Positions 15,792 to 39,009 of a DNA stretch of 64,000 nt are shown here, one piece after another. Below the pieces are notes generated by a model. The model was not told the origin of the DNA and searched no databases. It worked only from the letters and a program-made list of their open reading frames with translations. Where the stretch lies: assembly GCF_009914755.1 (NCBI RefSeq), contig NC_060941.1. One strand, 5' to 3'. The DNA comes from the human T2T-CHM13v2.0 reference genome, Homo sapiens. Position 1 is the stretch's first letter. Each line of letters starts with the position of its first letter. The position numbers and the translations under genes were made by a program.

Positions 15792-17047
15792 CAATCACAT
15801 GCACATAACATTTCAGTCAATGGTAAGCTATGTATATGAAGGTGGTCCCATAAAATTATAAGGCAGCTAAAAAATTCCTATTGCTTAATGATGTAGCTGT
15901 CATAACATCACAGTGCAATGCATTATTCACATGTTCATTGTGATGCTGGTTTAAACAAACCTACTGTGCTGCCAGTCATATAAAAGTATGGCACATACAG
16001 TTATGTACAGGACACACTACTTGATAATGACACTAAACTACTATGTTACTGTTTCATGTATTTACTATACTTGTTATCATTATTTTAGACTGCACTCCTT
16101 CTAATTATTTAAAAAATAATGGTTAACTGTAAACCAGCCTCAGGTCCTTCAGGAGGTACTCTAGAAGAAGGCATTGTTACCATAAAAGATGACAGCTCTA
16201 TGCGTGTTACTGCCCCTTAAGAACTTCCAGTGGGATAAGATGTTGAGGTGGAAGACGATGATGTTGATAATGTTGACCCTAGGCATAGGCGTAGGCTAGT
16301 GTGTGTGTTTGTGTCTTGATTTTTAACAAAAACAGTTTAAAATTTTTTTTAATTTTTTAAAAGCTTATAGGATAAGGATATAAAGAAAATATTTTTGTAC
16401 AGTGGTACTGTTTGTTTGTGTTTTCAGCTGTTATTACAAAAGACCCAAAAAGTTTTAAAAAGTTTATCAAGCAAAAGAGTTACAAAATGTGTGGCTCTAG
16501 GGAAAGCAGAAAAATTGTCAGAAGGAGCCAACCATAGCTCAAGAGAAGCTGTCCATCTATGCTAATTTATTATTGATAAAGAATTTTTTATACATTTAGT
16601 GTAGCTTAATTGTACAGTGTTTATGAAGTCTGCAGCAGTGTCAGTAATGTCCTACGTCCTCACATTCACTCACCACTCACTCACTGATTCACCCAAAGCA
16701 ACCTCCAGTCCTGTAAGCGCCATTCAGGGTAAATGCCCTATACAGCTCTACCATGTTTTATCCTTTATGCCATACTTTTAGTATTTTTAGTGTACTTTTT
16801 TCCATGTTGTAATAGATTTAGATATACAAATACTATCGTGTTATAGCTGCCTACAGTAGTCAGTACAGCAACATGCTGTACAGGTGTATAACCTAGAAGC
16901 AATAGGCTATACCATAGAGTCTGGCTGTGTGGTAGGCTATGCCTGCTAGATTTGTGTAAGTATACTCTGTAATATTTGCACAACAATGAAATTGCCTAAG
17001 GATGCATTTCTCAGAACATATCCCTGTTAGTAAGTGACACATGACTG
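15792..17047. mobile_element. Tigger3-type (Tigger3b-like) DNA transposon
   Basis: TA target sites at 15790-15791 and 17048-17049; decayed terminal repeats (caatcacatg.../...cacatgactg); internal motif ggtggtcccataaaattataa. Confidence 0.8.
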
Positions 17048-18211
17048 TAATTGGAAAGCAGATTTCAGTTCAGGATAAGGAAACTTTAAAATTCGGAGTT
17101 GTATGAAAATGGACAAGGTCATCTCAGTGAGTTCCCCTCATGTAGGAAATTACACAGGACCAAGGGTACTAAAGGGGAGGTAACTGAGGTTGGTTGTAAG
17201 GTATCCTTCTAACTCTGAGATTAAATGATTGTCTTAGTGCCTCATTTTCTCATCATTGAAAAACAGGAACATACCCATAATAACAGAAAAGCTGTTACTA
17301 AATTGAAAAATGGCACATCATTAGTAATAGACAAATGTGTCCGTCTTTTTCAAGCAAACCAAACAAATTGTTCCCTAAAATTCTTAATTAAAAATTAAAA
17401 TTAGTTTACATGTTACACTCATTGTATTTTCAAGCTTTGAGCAATTATCAGCCAGGCCCAAATTTAGCAATTGCAGGCAAGGGCAAAGTTAAGAAACTGT
17501 AAGTAGCAATCCATAGGTTAGATTCTAATGGTGAAGAAAATCCCTTCAGTCCCTGATCATTGTTTATCTCGGGATTTAAACAGTAACTCTAATTGTATTC
17601 TTTGAACACAAATTCCTGCCCCATCCCCCACCCCATCCCTTGGTTAATTAGCTGCATAGGTCTTATAACAAATGCCCACTCAGAAGCACTGGGAGGTAGA
17701 AATGCTGTTGATAATTAAACACCACAATAGCACAGAGCCTGTTTCAGGAGCCACTGAGTGGTCTTGCCCCTGCTGGACTGCTTACCACACAGTCACAGAC
17801 CCTCCATTGTGCTGGTATGGCTGCTCAGAGGGATAGCTGCTTGGCTGGAGAAGGAACCAACTGCAATGAGAGAAAAGACCAAACCTTGCAGAGATCAGGA
17901 GTATGGCCTCCAGGGAAAAGTGTCCTGTGGGTGGAAGTGAAAGGGGAATGAATCCAAGAAAAAGAGAAGTGGATGGGCAGGAATGATAAAACAGACATAG
18001 CCTTTCTATTTTCTAAATCAAACCAACCAGCCAAACTGAGTTCACCAATTTCATACCAAATAGATAACAATCAGGAAATTGTAATATATAAATAATAGGT
18101 TGATTTGTATTCTATTTGGTTTAGAGAAAATCCACCGAGTTCTTTAAGGTTTAGATGAAGATCATGAATAAGTCATCCCATCTCCCTGGGTCTCAATTTC
18201 TTCATCTTTAA

Positions 18212-19629
<1,418 letters not shown>

Positions 19630-22600
19630 TGCCCCCATTCCAGGGTGGCAAAAATAGAAATTGGATTCCCAGAACAATTTTCAAGCTTTCAAAAAGGCTA
19701 ACTATCACACCATTACTCAAGATAAACTACACAGTCTAATATAATTGTCATATTTACTTGCTTCTGCTTAAAATATATTAACCCAGTTTGTTAGGTTGAT
19801 TATCTCATTCTGAACAGATGCTTCTATTGATGGTTATATAGGTCATTAATAATAGGGAGAAACATGATCACTTTATAAGTCAGCTGGTTTAGTAGACAAA
19901 AAAAATCTTTCAAAAGAGGGTGTTTTATTAAGCTATTAAAAAAATCCACTGGAAAAAATAAATAAAAGTTTGCTTGCCGAAATGGTTGGAAACCAGTGGC
20001 TCAGTCAGTGCTTCTCTGACTTGTCCATGCAATTACTTTTAACAACAGATGCAAATGATAGTCTCAAGGACACCTGTGTTCTTAACCTGGAAAAAAGGGA
20101 TAGAGTTTTACAAAGTTTCCCTTTTTTCAAAATCTTCAATTTTTGAAAACACTTTCCATTCTTCTCCATAATAGACCTATTTAATTTCTAAATAATATGC
20201 TTAATCAAAATCTGCATGTAAAATTTGATGCTCCAAGAAGACACATTCATTCATATTGTGTTTTTAGAGGTGATCATTGCACCCCCTACTTCACCCACCG
20301 TCACCACTATATTACATTAGAGTTTAGATATCCCAGTTTGAGGTGCGCTGGGATGTAAATAATCTTGCAGAGCTCACCCAGCTATAAAATTCTGTCTTTA
20401 GTCTCTGAAGAGGCAAAATGCATTATCTTGAAGAGGTGGAATTCCTTTATCATTATAACTCAAATTGCATCTAAAGCCTAGAAGGAAAGGGAAAATGCAG
20501 AAACAAAATGTGTGGTTCTAGGGAAAGCAGAAAAATTGTCAGAAGGAGCCAAGCATAGTTCAAGAGAAGCTGTCCATCTGAAATGCCACCTGGAATTCAC
20601 ACCAGTAATAACTGTTGTGGATATAAAAATTAATAGGGGGGATTTCATAGTATTAGAAAAATTTATTTTTATAAATCATGTGTCTGTCACCCAAGTGTTG
20701 ACGCATGCATGCAATTCAAACATCAGGCATACAATAAAAAGCTCACTGGATAACTTAACAAGGACAATTCCCCCATTTTCTCTATAATTTGGAGTGGAAG
20801 AAGGAGGGGGGAGTGGGTAGAGAGTGCAGTTACTGGGTCAATTAATCAACCTGAAAACTGTGACACAAACTCTGACGCCTAACCTATGTCTAAAAATACA
20901 CAAATGTATACGAATTTGTTTTAAACTGTCAATGCCTATATTTAGGACCTTCCCAGCAAGGCTATAATGAGACTGTGTTTGAGGGCTTCAGTCATAGCAG
21001 ACTCTACCATTAATCTGAAGTTAGTTAAATTAACAGCATTTAGTACTGACTTGTCAATCTCACTGCTCCAGGAAATTGCACCTTGAGGCTACTAATATTG
21101 CCAATTTTTCCACTGGAGTGTGCGCCCGCGTGTGTGTATGTGTTTTTTTTTTTCTCCAGAACCTCTGCGTTCATACCCCATCATTGCTTCCCTACGTCCA
21201 CAGCACTTATATTATCATTTATTCTGGCCTCCTTTAGCCTTCCCCAGGGATTCTGCATAGTGTAGCTGCTCAGTGAAAGAGTTTTTTAGCTTTATATTTA
21301 TTTGTTTATTTTTCTGTCATGGCTCATGACTGAGGCTTTTAAAAAAAAGTGTGACAGTATTTAGAGTACATGATTGACTGCTACAGCAACATTCATTAAC
21401 CATGACAAATCTGCAGCAAAACACAGTCCTGAGTGTTCTAAACAGCAACTTTAAAAAGAAAGAAGAAAGAAAGAAAAAGAAAAAAGACTCAACTAATTTT
21501 TCATTGACCTCGTCTGTAAATAAATTTAGACCGATGGTGCACAGAGGCAATAATAAATTAGTATTCATTTCCTGTAATTAATGCAAACATGCCCATGAAC
21601 ACAGAGAATATGAATATATAACCACCTAATTTCCATTTCAAAATACACCTAACAAATTTTCACTTGAGTTATCTTCACAATATTTTCCCCTTTAATTAGA
21701 AGAATGAAATAGTTGGATTTCTTTCCCACCCACCAGGGAGAAATATTGTTTTGGTCACAGGGAGTGTCAAACACATTTCAGCAACAGATCTGTAGGACTT
21801 TAGTCTGGTTTACTTGACTGTTCTGTGATCCCCTACCATATTCCCATGCTGAGGCTCTTTTATCACTTAACCAGGTGGGGCTCTGAAGTGACCAAGTGAC
21901 CATCGTGGCAGGCCCTCATATGCATAACAGCCATGAGGAGATCATAAGAGGCAGCCTCACTGCTCAGCACAAGAAAGGGAGACATACATTCCTTCCCATT
22001 CATTGACATGAACGCAAGAGCAGGATGGCTAAACAATCTGATGTAAATCAAATGAAGACTATCACATATTGGGTAAAATAGAAATAGCAAGCTCTACAAC
22101 CTCTCTCAGCAAGAGGGGCTTATATAACTTATCCTCTTGAGCATAGGTATCTCTGGAGATCATTCCTACCATTACACCACAATCAAAGATCAATTTCTGA
22201 TCACATTCAAGTCAGCCAGTCATCAGAACTCACTAGCTCAACTGTGGCAGCAGTAGCGGAACTCTTTGTAAGCAATAAATACATTGATTAACAATAATAA
22301 AATTATGCCTCTAAGATGTACGTACAAAAATGTCTATAAGCTGGGAAGAATGTGTTAAAGGCAGAAAATTTGAATCAGGTTCTACCAAAAGCAAAACAAA
22401 ACTTCATCAGAATGCAACTTGCCTCATGGATAACATTTCCTAGGGTCTTCCTGGCCATACGGAGTTTTGCCCCTACATGTTTGTCCTTCTAGAGGTCATG
22501 GCAACAAATATGTACTCTCTGGATGAGAAGTGGTCCTCCTGGGTACTTGATGGTGGAATTCTAATTAGCTAAGTTAAGCAGCTAAGTGAGGTATGTGTTA

Positions 22601-22839
22601 CAGCAGGGCTGGAGAGCAATGGGAATATATTAATGTGATGAATTTACCACTTAATCTGATTGTAAGTGTCACTAATTAGACCTTATCATAGTAAGATACT
22701 TGATAACAAACGCAGATCCCACTTTTCCCAGGCATTTTTTTTTTTTTTTCAAATCATAGTAAACTCTGGGATATATCCTTCCAATGAAGCAGCATTTCCC
22801 CAGAAAGAAAGAGAAGTAATCCCATTTCTTTCCCTTTAG

Positions 22840-23034
22840 TTGTCAGCCTGGAAAGCCGAGCAATGCACCTAAACACACTGGTCCAGGAAGCCCAGGAGAG
22901 GGTGAGTGAACTGTCTGCCCAGGTGGAGAATGAAGGATTCACTCTGGACAACACAGAGAAAGAGAAACAGCTGAAAGCTTGGGAGTGGAGGTATCGGCTC
23001 TACAGACGCATGAAAACAGGCTTTGAGCATGCCA
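22840..23034 (+). CDS. ANKFN1: ANKFN1 coding exon (F-VSLESRAMHLNTLVQEAQ...KTGFEHA), 195 nt, phase 1-1
   Basis: Acceptor tttctttccctttAG (22838-22839); donor GCCA|gtgagt; T+TT completes Phe with the previous exon. Confidence 0.95.
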
Positions 23035-24794
23035 GTGAGTATAAGCAGAAAATGTCTACATTTCACTAGACTGAGCCTCAGTTTGAGACAGCCAGGTCTT
23101 CTTTTACAGATTTTTTTTTTCAGCTCTACAGAGTCATGGATGGCCGTTGTCAGCCTGTATGGAGCAAGGGCTCTGAGAGGCTGTCAAAGGGTCTTTTATC
23201 TTGCTTGAGTTTCTGGCTCCTGATGGGTGCTCTGACCACAGCCATGAGGCTTCATGCCTCTGGCCTCTCTCCACCATGTCACACTCATCTAGCACTTTCC
23301 ATCCGCTACGCCCTAATGCCTAATGATCTGGATGGTCTGATGCCCTAGATGGCTATATTTTGGGATAGGGAGGTGGAAAAATATTTGTTTGCCTGTTTGT
23401 CCAGTTTCTGCTCCAAGCTCAAGTTTAAGTTGTTTTCAACGCTCTACTGCATTTTTTTATATAGAGCTATAAACTGAACTTCAGTTAACACAGGCAACCG
23501 AAAAGAACAATCAACTCAAGAATTACGCTTTTGTCTGCACTTTCATTTTCTTTACCAATTCTTTTTGTTAGTTTAAGAAAAGCCTTCTTTTTGGATAATA
23601 CTCATTAGCACTGGAAAGTAATGCTGAGTGTAGCTCCTGATACAAAAACAAAATATAAAATTCAAACACTTGTGAAATATTAAACTCTCATTCTAGAAGG
23701 AGATCGTAACTAAACAACAACAAAAAAATTAGGCTGGAAATTTTAAATATAAGGGAAAGTTCGTTAGTTTGAAAGGTCTCTGCCTCTGCTGCAGGAAACT
23801 TAGTTGTGATGTAGACAAAGACCAAAGACAGTGATGATGTTTTCTTAAGTACACTAAATACCAAATCTAGCCCTAATCCTTTCTCTTGGAGCAAATAACT
23901 TAGCAACATTAATGAAAGTTTGCTTTCAACATCAACACTCTCCAGCAAGGCTGGTGCATGGGTTTGTTTAAAGAGATTCAGCGCTTGCTTTAATAAATGC
24001 ATTTGCTATTGTGCCTCATTTAGGACAGATTAACACTAGAAACAGACATATTTTCAGATTTGATGTCAATTTTTGTAATTTGCTAAATTATAAAACACCT
24101 TCTACGTGTTAAGCAATACCAAAAGCCATCAGGAGTCCTTTAAAACCTGAGGTTAGTGGACATGACATCCACCCATAAATTTTTTTCTCAGAAAATACTG
24201 CTCATTTGTAATAGGAGAAAGCCTGAGAGCAAGGTGAGTTAGAATTCTATCAATACTGGAAAGAGCCCAAAAGTAGGCAACTGAAGCCAGGGGCTTTCAT
24301 CCTGACTGTTTGTCTTCACTGTGTTCTTGAACAAGGAATTTGGCCACTTGGGGCTGCGGTTTCCTCATACCAAAAGTGAGTGTGCTATTTCTTGCCCTTT
24401 CTACCAAGGAGGGCTGCAAAAAGCCTCCAGTGAAACGATGTACTTTATAAAACGTAAGGGTGTCCACTGACAATATAGGATCCTGCTATCACTTCCTGCC
24501 TTTCTCTTCACTGATCCAGCCCAATCTCCTATCGTGTTTGCAGGATACTTTAGGAAGGCTTAACTGGTATTATTTACCTTTTCAGAAAATGTTCTAATGC
24601 TCAAATAAGACCCCAATGGCAACAAATAAAAGCCATTGAGACGTCTAATGAAAATGTTCAAAAGCGAAAGCTATTAGGCTCCACAAACAAATGTTTCCAT
24701 AGTATTCATTTCAGGGTATCCTTTGAAGAGGGAGGAACGTTGTTTGAAAAGGATTTGCTATGTTAAGATCCTTGTGTTTTTCCTTCTGTCCCAG

Positions 24795-24908
24795 GAGCCC
24801 CTGAGATGCCAACCAATGTCTGTCTCATGGTAACCAGCAGCACATCACTCACTGTCAGCTTCCAAGAGCCTCTTAGCGTCAATGCAGCTGTAGTAACCAG
24901 GTATAAAG
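24795..24908 (+). CDS. ANKFN1: ANKFN1 coding exon, N-terminal part of the FN3 domain (R-APEMPTNVCLMVTSSTSLTVSFQEPLSVNAAVVTRYK), 114 nt
   Basis: Acceptor ttttccttctgtcccAG (24793-24794); donor AAAG|gtactg; FN3 pattern P..P..V...V.S.TSL.VS...P......V..Y. Too short for the ORF track; translated by hand. Confidence 0.93.
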
Positions 24909-27900
24909 GTACTGGACCCAAGACATGTTTTCATCACTCCTTCTTAAAAAAGCATCTGCTGTTTGAGAATCAATAGTGCATTTTGTGTGTTTGTTTTTCC
25001 TACTGATAGGAATGTTTTTATCCCATTGACTTTTGAAGTTGAAATATTTCCATAGGCACTCATGTAAAGGAACAATCAAGTGACTGAGAATGTCACAGAA
25101 AGGAAGAACCACAAGACCAGGCTGTCATTTCAAGTCCCTCAATTACTGTTTCATTCATCTTTGCAGAGGACTTGCTCTATGCATAGCACAGGGCTGGGGA
25201 CAGGTCTGAGTAGGAAACACTGAAGAATCAGACTTGATCCAAGGATCTGAGGGGTTGTGATATGGAACATACTAAGTGGGGGTTAAAAAAAACAATAACT
25301 AAAGCTAGGTAACAGGGTTGGGGTTTTTCAAAAATGCAGATAAAGTATATTGGAGGTCAGGAAAGAGCAAGGGGAAGATAAAATGGTGGGATCAGTAAGG
25401 GTTCCCTAGGGTGGAGGTGGCATTCAGGCCTGGCTATGAAGGATAAGTAGGCTTTGGCCTGGAAGATATTGGGGGGAAAGTAAATTCCAAATGGAAAGGA
25501 CAGTCAACACAGGTATAAAACCAAGAACATACCAGGACAGGTAGAGCAAACTAAGGGAACAAGTAGAGGGAATAGAAAATAGCATGGCTCCGAAAAAGCA
25601 TAGGGTCGTGAGAAGGTACAGTAAGATGTTAAGATTAAAGAATGAAACTATGATCAACAGAAAAGGACAGAATGAGGCTCGAAATTAAGGCTAGGGAGTT
25701 TAGACTTTATGTGATGAATTCAGCAGAGCCATTGAATAAGGTAGGGACAGGATCAGAGGTAGACTTTTGAAAGATTGGAGTGGTGATACTGTGTATGATT
25801 TATTGAGAGAAATAGAGATTTAGAAGAAGGAAATGAATTATGAACCTATTCAAGAGGGAGGTCATGATAGCCTGACCTGGCTACAATGGCAGCATTGGGA
25901 AAAGAAAGGGAAAGCCCAAAGGAAAAATGTACTGCAGAGGTATTGTGATGACAACAGCTAATGCTTACGTAGCACCGACTATGCACCAGGCACCATTTAA
26001 AGCCGTTTAAAGTTTTAACTCTATTTAATCCTCACAATGATCTCATGAGACAGGTATTGTTATGATTCCAACTTTGCAGATGGAAAAACAGAGGCAATGA
26101 GAAGTTAAGGAATTTGCCTAAATGCTTACAACAGAGACAGAATCATCACATTATGCTGACTCTTGAATACGAGGAACAAAAAAGGAAAGCTATTTTCTGG
26201 ATTCACAAGGACATATGGAATTACACTGAACAGCCCTAAAAGCTGATAAAGCTCTCCACACATATTCCAAGGTTCCAGGCTACAGTGTGGACTTTCTTTG
26301 CATTCAGGTCACTATGGCTCTCTCTGCCCACAAACATGTTCAAGTAGTGCACATGCCTTCCTTTCTCATTCTCAGGCCTGTCCCTCGGGGGAACTTCATA
26401 TGTCTCTGCAAACTTTACTCTGCCCACACCCTGTAGCTTTCTTGGGTACTTAGAATTTTCCAGATAACGCCACTGTGTTTGTAATACCTTAGATAAGACA
26501 GCATTGAATTGATTATCCCTGGATTTTCTGTATCAGTCTAAGAGAAAGCAGCCTTAGGGTACTAAGGACAGCAGATAAATGAAACCACCCAGGATGGCCC
26601 CCCACAGCCATCCTTTGAAACAACTCTGATACCTTTTCTTGGTTGTCTCATCTGCCAAGACTGAAATTCAGAGCAAGCATTTCTGGGCAATGTTAGATAT
26701 GGACGTTTTCTTTCTTTCTGCCTCTCTCCAGCTCAGGATTTCGATGAAGAGTTTCATCAGTGCTGCCCACCTTGACATTTCCTTCTTACTTTGATGAGTG
26801 AGCTATCAGGAACCAACCAGTCCAGACTGTCAGCAATTTAATACTTGCCCACAATGCCGGCAAATTCTATCCGCATTCACATATTAACACTTCTCATCTC
26901 AGGAGACTTGCATTTGGGTGAGGTTGAAATGAAAGGTCACAAGTGGGTTCTGTTAGAGACTGGAGGGGATTAATTAAGCATTATAAATAGAATTGTCTGT
27001 TGCATTATGGAGTAGGTTTCCTTGTGTTAATTTATAAGGTCATAAATTGAGTCCTTAACCTGACCGTTCTCAAGGGTTATTTAAAACAGCTGGCAGCCTA
27101 CTGTATCCGCAGGAACAGCAGTGCAGTTTTTAATTCAGGGGTTGAAGTAATTATTTAATTATGAAAATATTAGTGTAATTATTTTGTTTGCAAAAAAGAA
27201 AGAAAGAAAAGAAAAAGAAGAAACAATTGAGAAATCTACAGAATGAAATGGCAATTATCTAATTGGTTAGAGGGAAAGTTTACCCCTGCAGCATTTAGGG
27301 TTTGGCAAAAACATCTCAGACTATTCTCCAGAATTTCTGGGTTCAGCAAAACCTCAAGCCTATTTTGACAACTCAATGTTTTCCTCCTTCATGCTTAAGC
27401 TAGGGTGTATTTGAAAGGAAATCTAAATCCTTCTGTTTCTCATTTGTTTACACTCAACCCATCAACATATTGTTTTATAAGAGTTTGTTGATATGTTGAC
27501 ATCTTTTTAAGAGCATCACTTTTTAAGTTTTCTTCACACCGTGGGGGCACGCACCAGGCCAACTGCCATCACAACTCGGAGATTAAAGGCATCAATTTCC
27601 ACATCAAACCTAGGAAACAGTTTTCAGTGAGACCCACATGATTTTTTCTGAATTTCCCCCTGAATGCAGTAAAACGGGGCTAGGAGATCTACTCTCTGTT
27701 TCTAGGTGTTTTCTCTCTGGATTCAAAGGAGGCTTGCATCTTTTAGTCTCATCTCACCCATTTTTATGGCTGACAGAGGAAAACCTACAGTTATTTCAGA
27801 TGCTTCGATGCTTTGGACAATTGCCAGAAGTTTGTACCACATTTTCTCCTCACTGCCTTGGGTCACCTGCCTGAACCTCTCATTTGCAGATTATGTCATT

Positions 27901-29311
27901 TCTCTGCAGGCCTGAGACAGAAAACATTTGCAAAAGTGATTTTACTGCTCCTTGCAGGGTTGGGGGATGGTTAGGAAGGCATCCTGAAAGAGGTGCAGTA
28001 CAAAACCTCTTTTCCATCCACAAGATGAAACATTTTCGAGTTTGTGTTTTTTTTCTTAATTGGGCCTCGAAGTGGCCACACCTTGGGGTTTGCTAATTAC
28101 AACATGCTGCAGTAGTTGCTGCATTGCCTGAGTGCAGTACCCGGGTTCTGGGTGGTATCCTTGCCCGTGTCTTTTCCTACTTCATTCCCTAACAGATTAG
28201 AAACCACCACCCTAGTTCCTCCCTACAAAGATTTGTAATAGCAAATTGTTTAACTGCTCGTCATTTGATGACATTTTTTAAAATTAAAAAGCATCTCTCC
28301 TTGCAGAAACTGACAGGGCCTTTCAGGAGCTCATAGTGTATCTGCTTCTGCAGTGACCAGGCCCATATCTCTGCCGACCATCACCTTCAGTTTCTTTCTC
28401 AGGAGAAGCAGCCAAAAAATTCCAGGGCGGTGTATGAGGGGACATTTCAGCTTCTAAGAAGGAGAGTCTACCATTGGGACATTAAAACCCTCAGGGTCGA
28501 TCATTTATAATAATAATAGTGTGAACTTGATCATAACCTGATGACTTGGACTATCTTTTCTACAAGAATGGAGAAAACCCTGACATCACAGAGCACAGGT
28601 TCCCATTGCTCTGTGATTTATATTCTTCTTACCCTTTCTGTTTTTTCCTCCTACACCTTGTAGTTGGGTGGATATTTATCTATCAAGAAAAATGCATTCC
28701 ATTAAAGAATATAATTATTTATATGTTTAATTAATTGAAGGACTAATCTGGTCATAGGTATGAGGTAGCTACCTTCATTACTAGGTTGAAGTGATACAAT
28801 TCCACAAAGCAAAAGTATTTATAACTTTCTTTAGCCTGTTTGGGGAAAGAGAGGTGGGGAGGAGGCCAAAGATTTGCAGATGAGAGCAACGAGGAGGAGC
28901 AGGAAATGTTACGTCCAGAGGACATGAAACTTAGTGGATTAACATTTTTTGTGTTAGGGTGAAAATATGAAAGTGGGGTTAGTGATTAAAATGTGTGATG
29001 GGGAAAAATAACAAGTCTGCTGGGGGTGAGAGGATGAAAAATGAAAGGCAACAGTGCTCAAGACTCACTTCTAAGCTACTAAGGCTTCTACATCCTTACT
29101 CATCCTACTTTCATTCACTAGTTGCTGAGTTGTCAGGATCCGGCCAATTTATTCTCCAACCATCTTGTAAACCACCTTAAAACCTTTCTCCAATAATGTA
29201 TATTGTCAAGAATAGCTTTTCTGACATTTAAATTTTGTTAAATTTTCATCATTTAACAAAATGTTAACCCTCAAACTATATTGTGTAGGAATATATACAT
29301 ATAAAAGGTCA

Positions 29312-29623
<312 letters not shown>

Positions 29624-30490
29624 TCACCCTTCTTCCAGTCGTATTCATACCTCAAACTCTATAGTGAGTTCGATGTATGTCCTTACAAATTCTTTTTTGA
29701 TATGTATATGCACATGGATATATACAAAATTTTGTTTATGTGCTCTAATACAAATATTATATTGTTTTTCTAATCCTACAACTGGATGTTTTTCAACTCA
29801 GTGATATTTTTACAGTTCAACAGTATAAATTACAAATCTATGTAAATGTGTTTGGCTCCTCTTACAGTTGTATAGTATTCCTATTCCACAGAAAGAGGTA
29901 TCATCATTCTCCTATTGATGGATGTTGGTTGTTTTAATATTTTCTGTTATATAATGTTACAATCCTTATATGTATCTCTCTTTTATCTAGAGAATATTTT
30001 TCTATTATGGTTAACTAGAAGCAGAAGGGACTGTTTGTGGATTCACACACTGTCCCATTGATCTGTCTATACCTGTGTTACTATCATAATACCATAATTT
30101 TACAGCATATTTTAACATCTGGTAAGGCAAGTTCCTCCCCATTAAAATCTTTTTCTAAATGTCTTTGTTATTCACGCGCATTGTCTCTTACAAATGAATT
30201 TTAGAATTGGCCTGTCAAGTTCACTTTTAAAAATCTTATTTGTTGGATTTACATCATATTCCTAAATTAATTTGGGGAGAATCTCATCCATGAGCTGTCT
30301 TCCTAATCAGGCTGAATTGTGTGTATTCAGAACAGTCTAATTATTTTCTTTACATAGATATTCTATACTTCCTATTGAGTTTCATGCTAGCTATATTTTA
30401 CAGTTTTTACGGCTGTTATGAATGAACTCTCTTTTCAGGACATTTAGTTGCGGGACAGTAGAAGAGTATTGCTAATTAAGAAAAACTTTA

Positions 30491-36695
<6,205 letters not shown>

Positions 36696-38288
36696 AAGAA
36701 AAACTTTAATTGGCTGCTTTACTAAAATCTCTTAGTAATAGCTCTTTATCAATAGATTATCTTGCATCTCATGAGTTTTTTTTTTTTTTTTGCATATTGT
36801 CTTTAAGGATGATGCATTTGTCTCTTTCTAATTTTTTTTTCTTTTTCTGGTCTCACTTGTTCGACAAGAATCAATGTGAATTCAGTTCCTACTATACTGT
36901 GAATAGTAGCTGTGAGAGTTTCTATCTGTCTCTCTTATCGTCTTTTATCAAAATTCATCTGATATTTTACCATTAAGTATGACATCTACTGTAGGTTTCT
37001 GGTGGATATCCTTTATCGGATTTAAGAAGTCTTATTTTCTTATCAGCTTAGTAAGAAGTGTTTTTGTTTTATTTTGTTTAAGAAAGATATGTTAAATTGT
37101 ATCATGATTTTACTATATTTTTCCTAGAAAATCATCATTTTCATCTGGATTACGATTACTGATACAGTGTTGTTGAACATAATGTTTAAATCATGGTGAT
37201 TATAGCCCCTTTAATATTTCAAAAGTTTATGCTTTTGTGCCTTTTCTTTTATAATTGTTGAACATTTGACTATTTTGTTGGTTTGTTTGAAGAGATTTTT
37301 GATTCATAAATTCTATTTTATGCTTATTTTCTATTTTATTAATTTTGGGTTTAATGTTACCAATTCCTGCTACTTTCTATGGGCTTACTTTATTGTTTCC
37401 TTACTAGTTTTGCTTTTCTTTTATTTGAAACTTAATTTACTTGTTCCTTTATTTTTCTTGTTTTCTAATCCATGGGTTTAAGGCTGTAAATGTTCCCCTG
37501 AGTACTGTTTTGTCCATATCCAAAAAGTTTAAAATGTGGTGTTGTAACTATCACTTATTTGTAAACAATTTGTAATTTGTTTCACTTCCATGTTAATCCA
37601 AGAGTTTTTCAAGGAATCACTTTAAATTTCCAAGTGGCCAGATTTTATCTGGTGTATTTTTATCGTTAATGTCTAATTTTATTATGCACATATCATATGT
37701 TAAAAATCCAAAAATATGGACTACAGTCCTTTTGGGAATTTAACATTCTTACTTGTGGCTAACTACTGAATCAGTTGTATATGTGCCATATGTGATATTT
37801 GAAAAGAGTGTGTAAACTCCATTAGGTTATAAAGTATGAATGTGTGTGTGTGTTGTTTAAGTACCCTGGTTTTTTTCCTTAAAATATTCGTCCCTTTGGT
37901 CTTTGATCTCTGAAAAACCTGCTTGATTTGTCTTGTTTCATGCAGTTTGACTTGATTTCTATTTCAGTTGTAGTTCACATTTCTTCTTCTATGTTTCCAT
38001 TGCCTGCTGTCTTTTCTCTACCTGTTGTTCTCCTTTCTAGGACATTTGCAATGCATTTGTCTCTTGTAAAGGGTATATAGTTAACTTATATACTCAATCT
38101 AAGAGTCTGTCTTTTTTTGTATACACATTTAATTGTTTTGTCCAAAGTGATATAGGGGACTTTTTTTTAATTTGTACTGAAAAGCTTATAATGAAAAATA
38201 GGCAGTGGTTTTCTTCATTCTTCCTACTCTCTTCTTCTCATAGTCAGCCACTTTTAACTTTTTTTAGTTCTAGCAGTTACCTCTCTAA

Positions 38289-38633
<345 letters not shown>

Positions 38634-39009
38634 TGATTTATCAATATCTGTGCAATTATAGCTACAAAAGAAAAGCATTTAACTCTTTTAATACTGCACT
38701 CCTCTGCACTCCCTTATTCTCTCAACATAGCTATATTTCTATTTTTAATTGCCAACTATGTTTATACATTATGAGTGTGCACATTTTTGATATTGCAAAA
38801 TAGTGTACTATGATTATATTTCCTTTTCCATGTATTTTCTTCATATCTCTAATTACCTTTTTTCTCTTCTACTTTATTTACAATCAACATATTCTCATTT
38901 CCTTTCAAATGTTCCTTTCAGAGTATTACTTATTTCCCCAAGAGTAGTATCTATTTTCCCTCTCAGCGTATTCTCTACTCCTGTTCCACTACATAGTAAT
39001 AACTCACTA

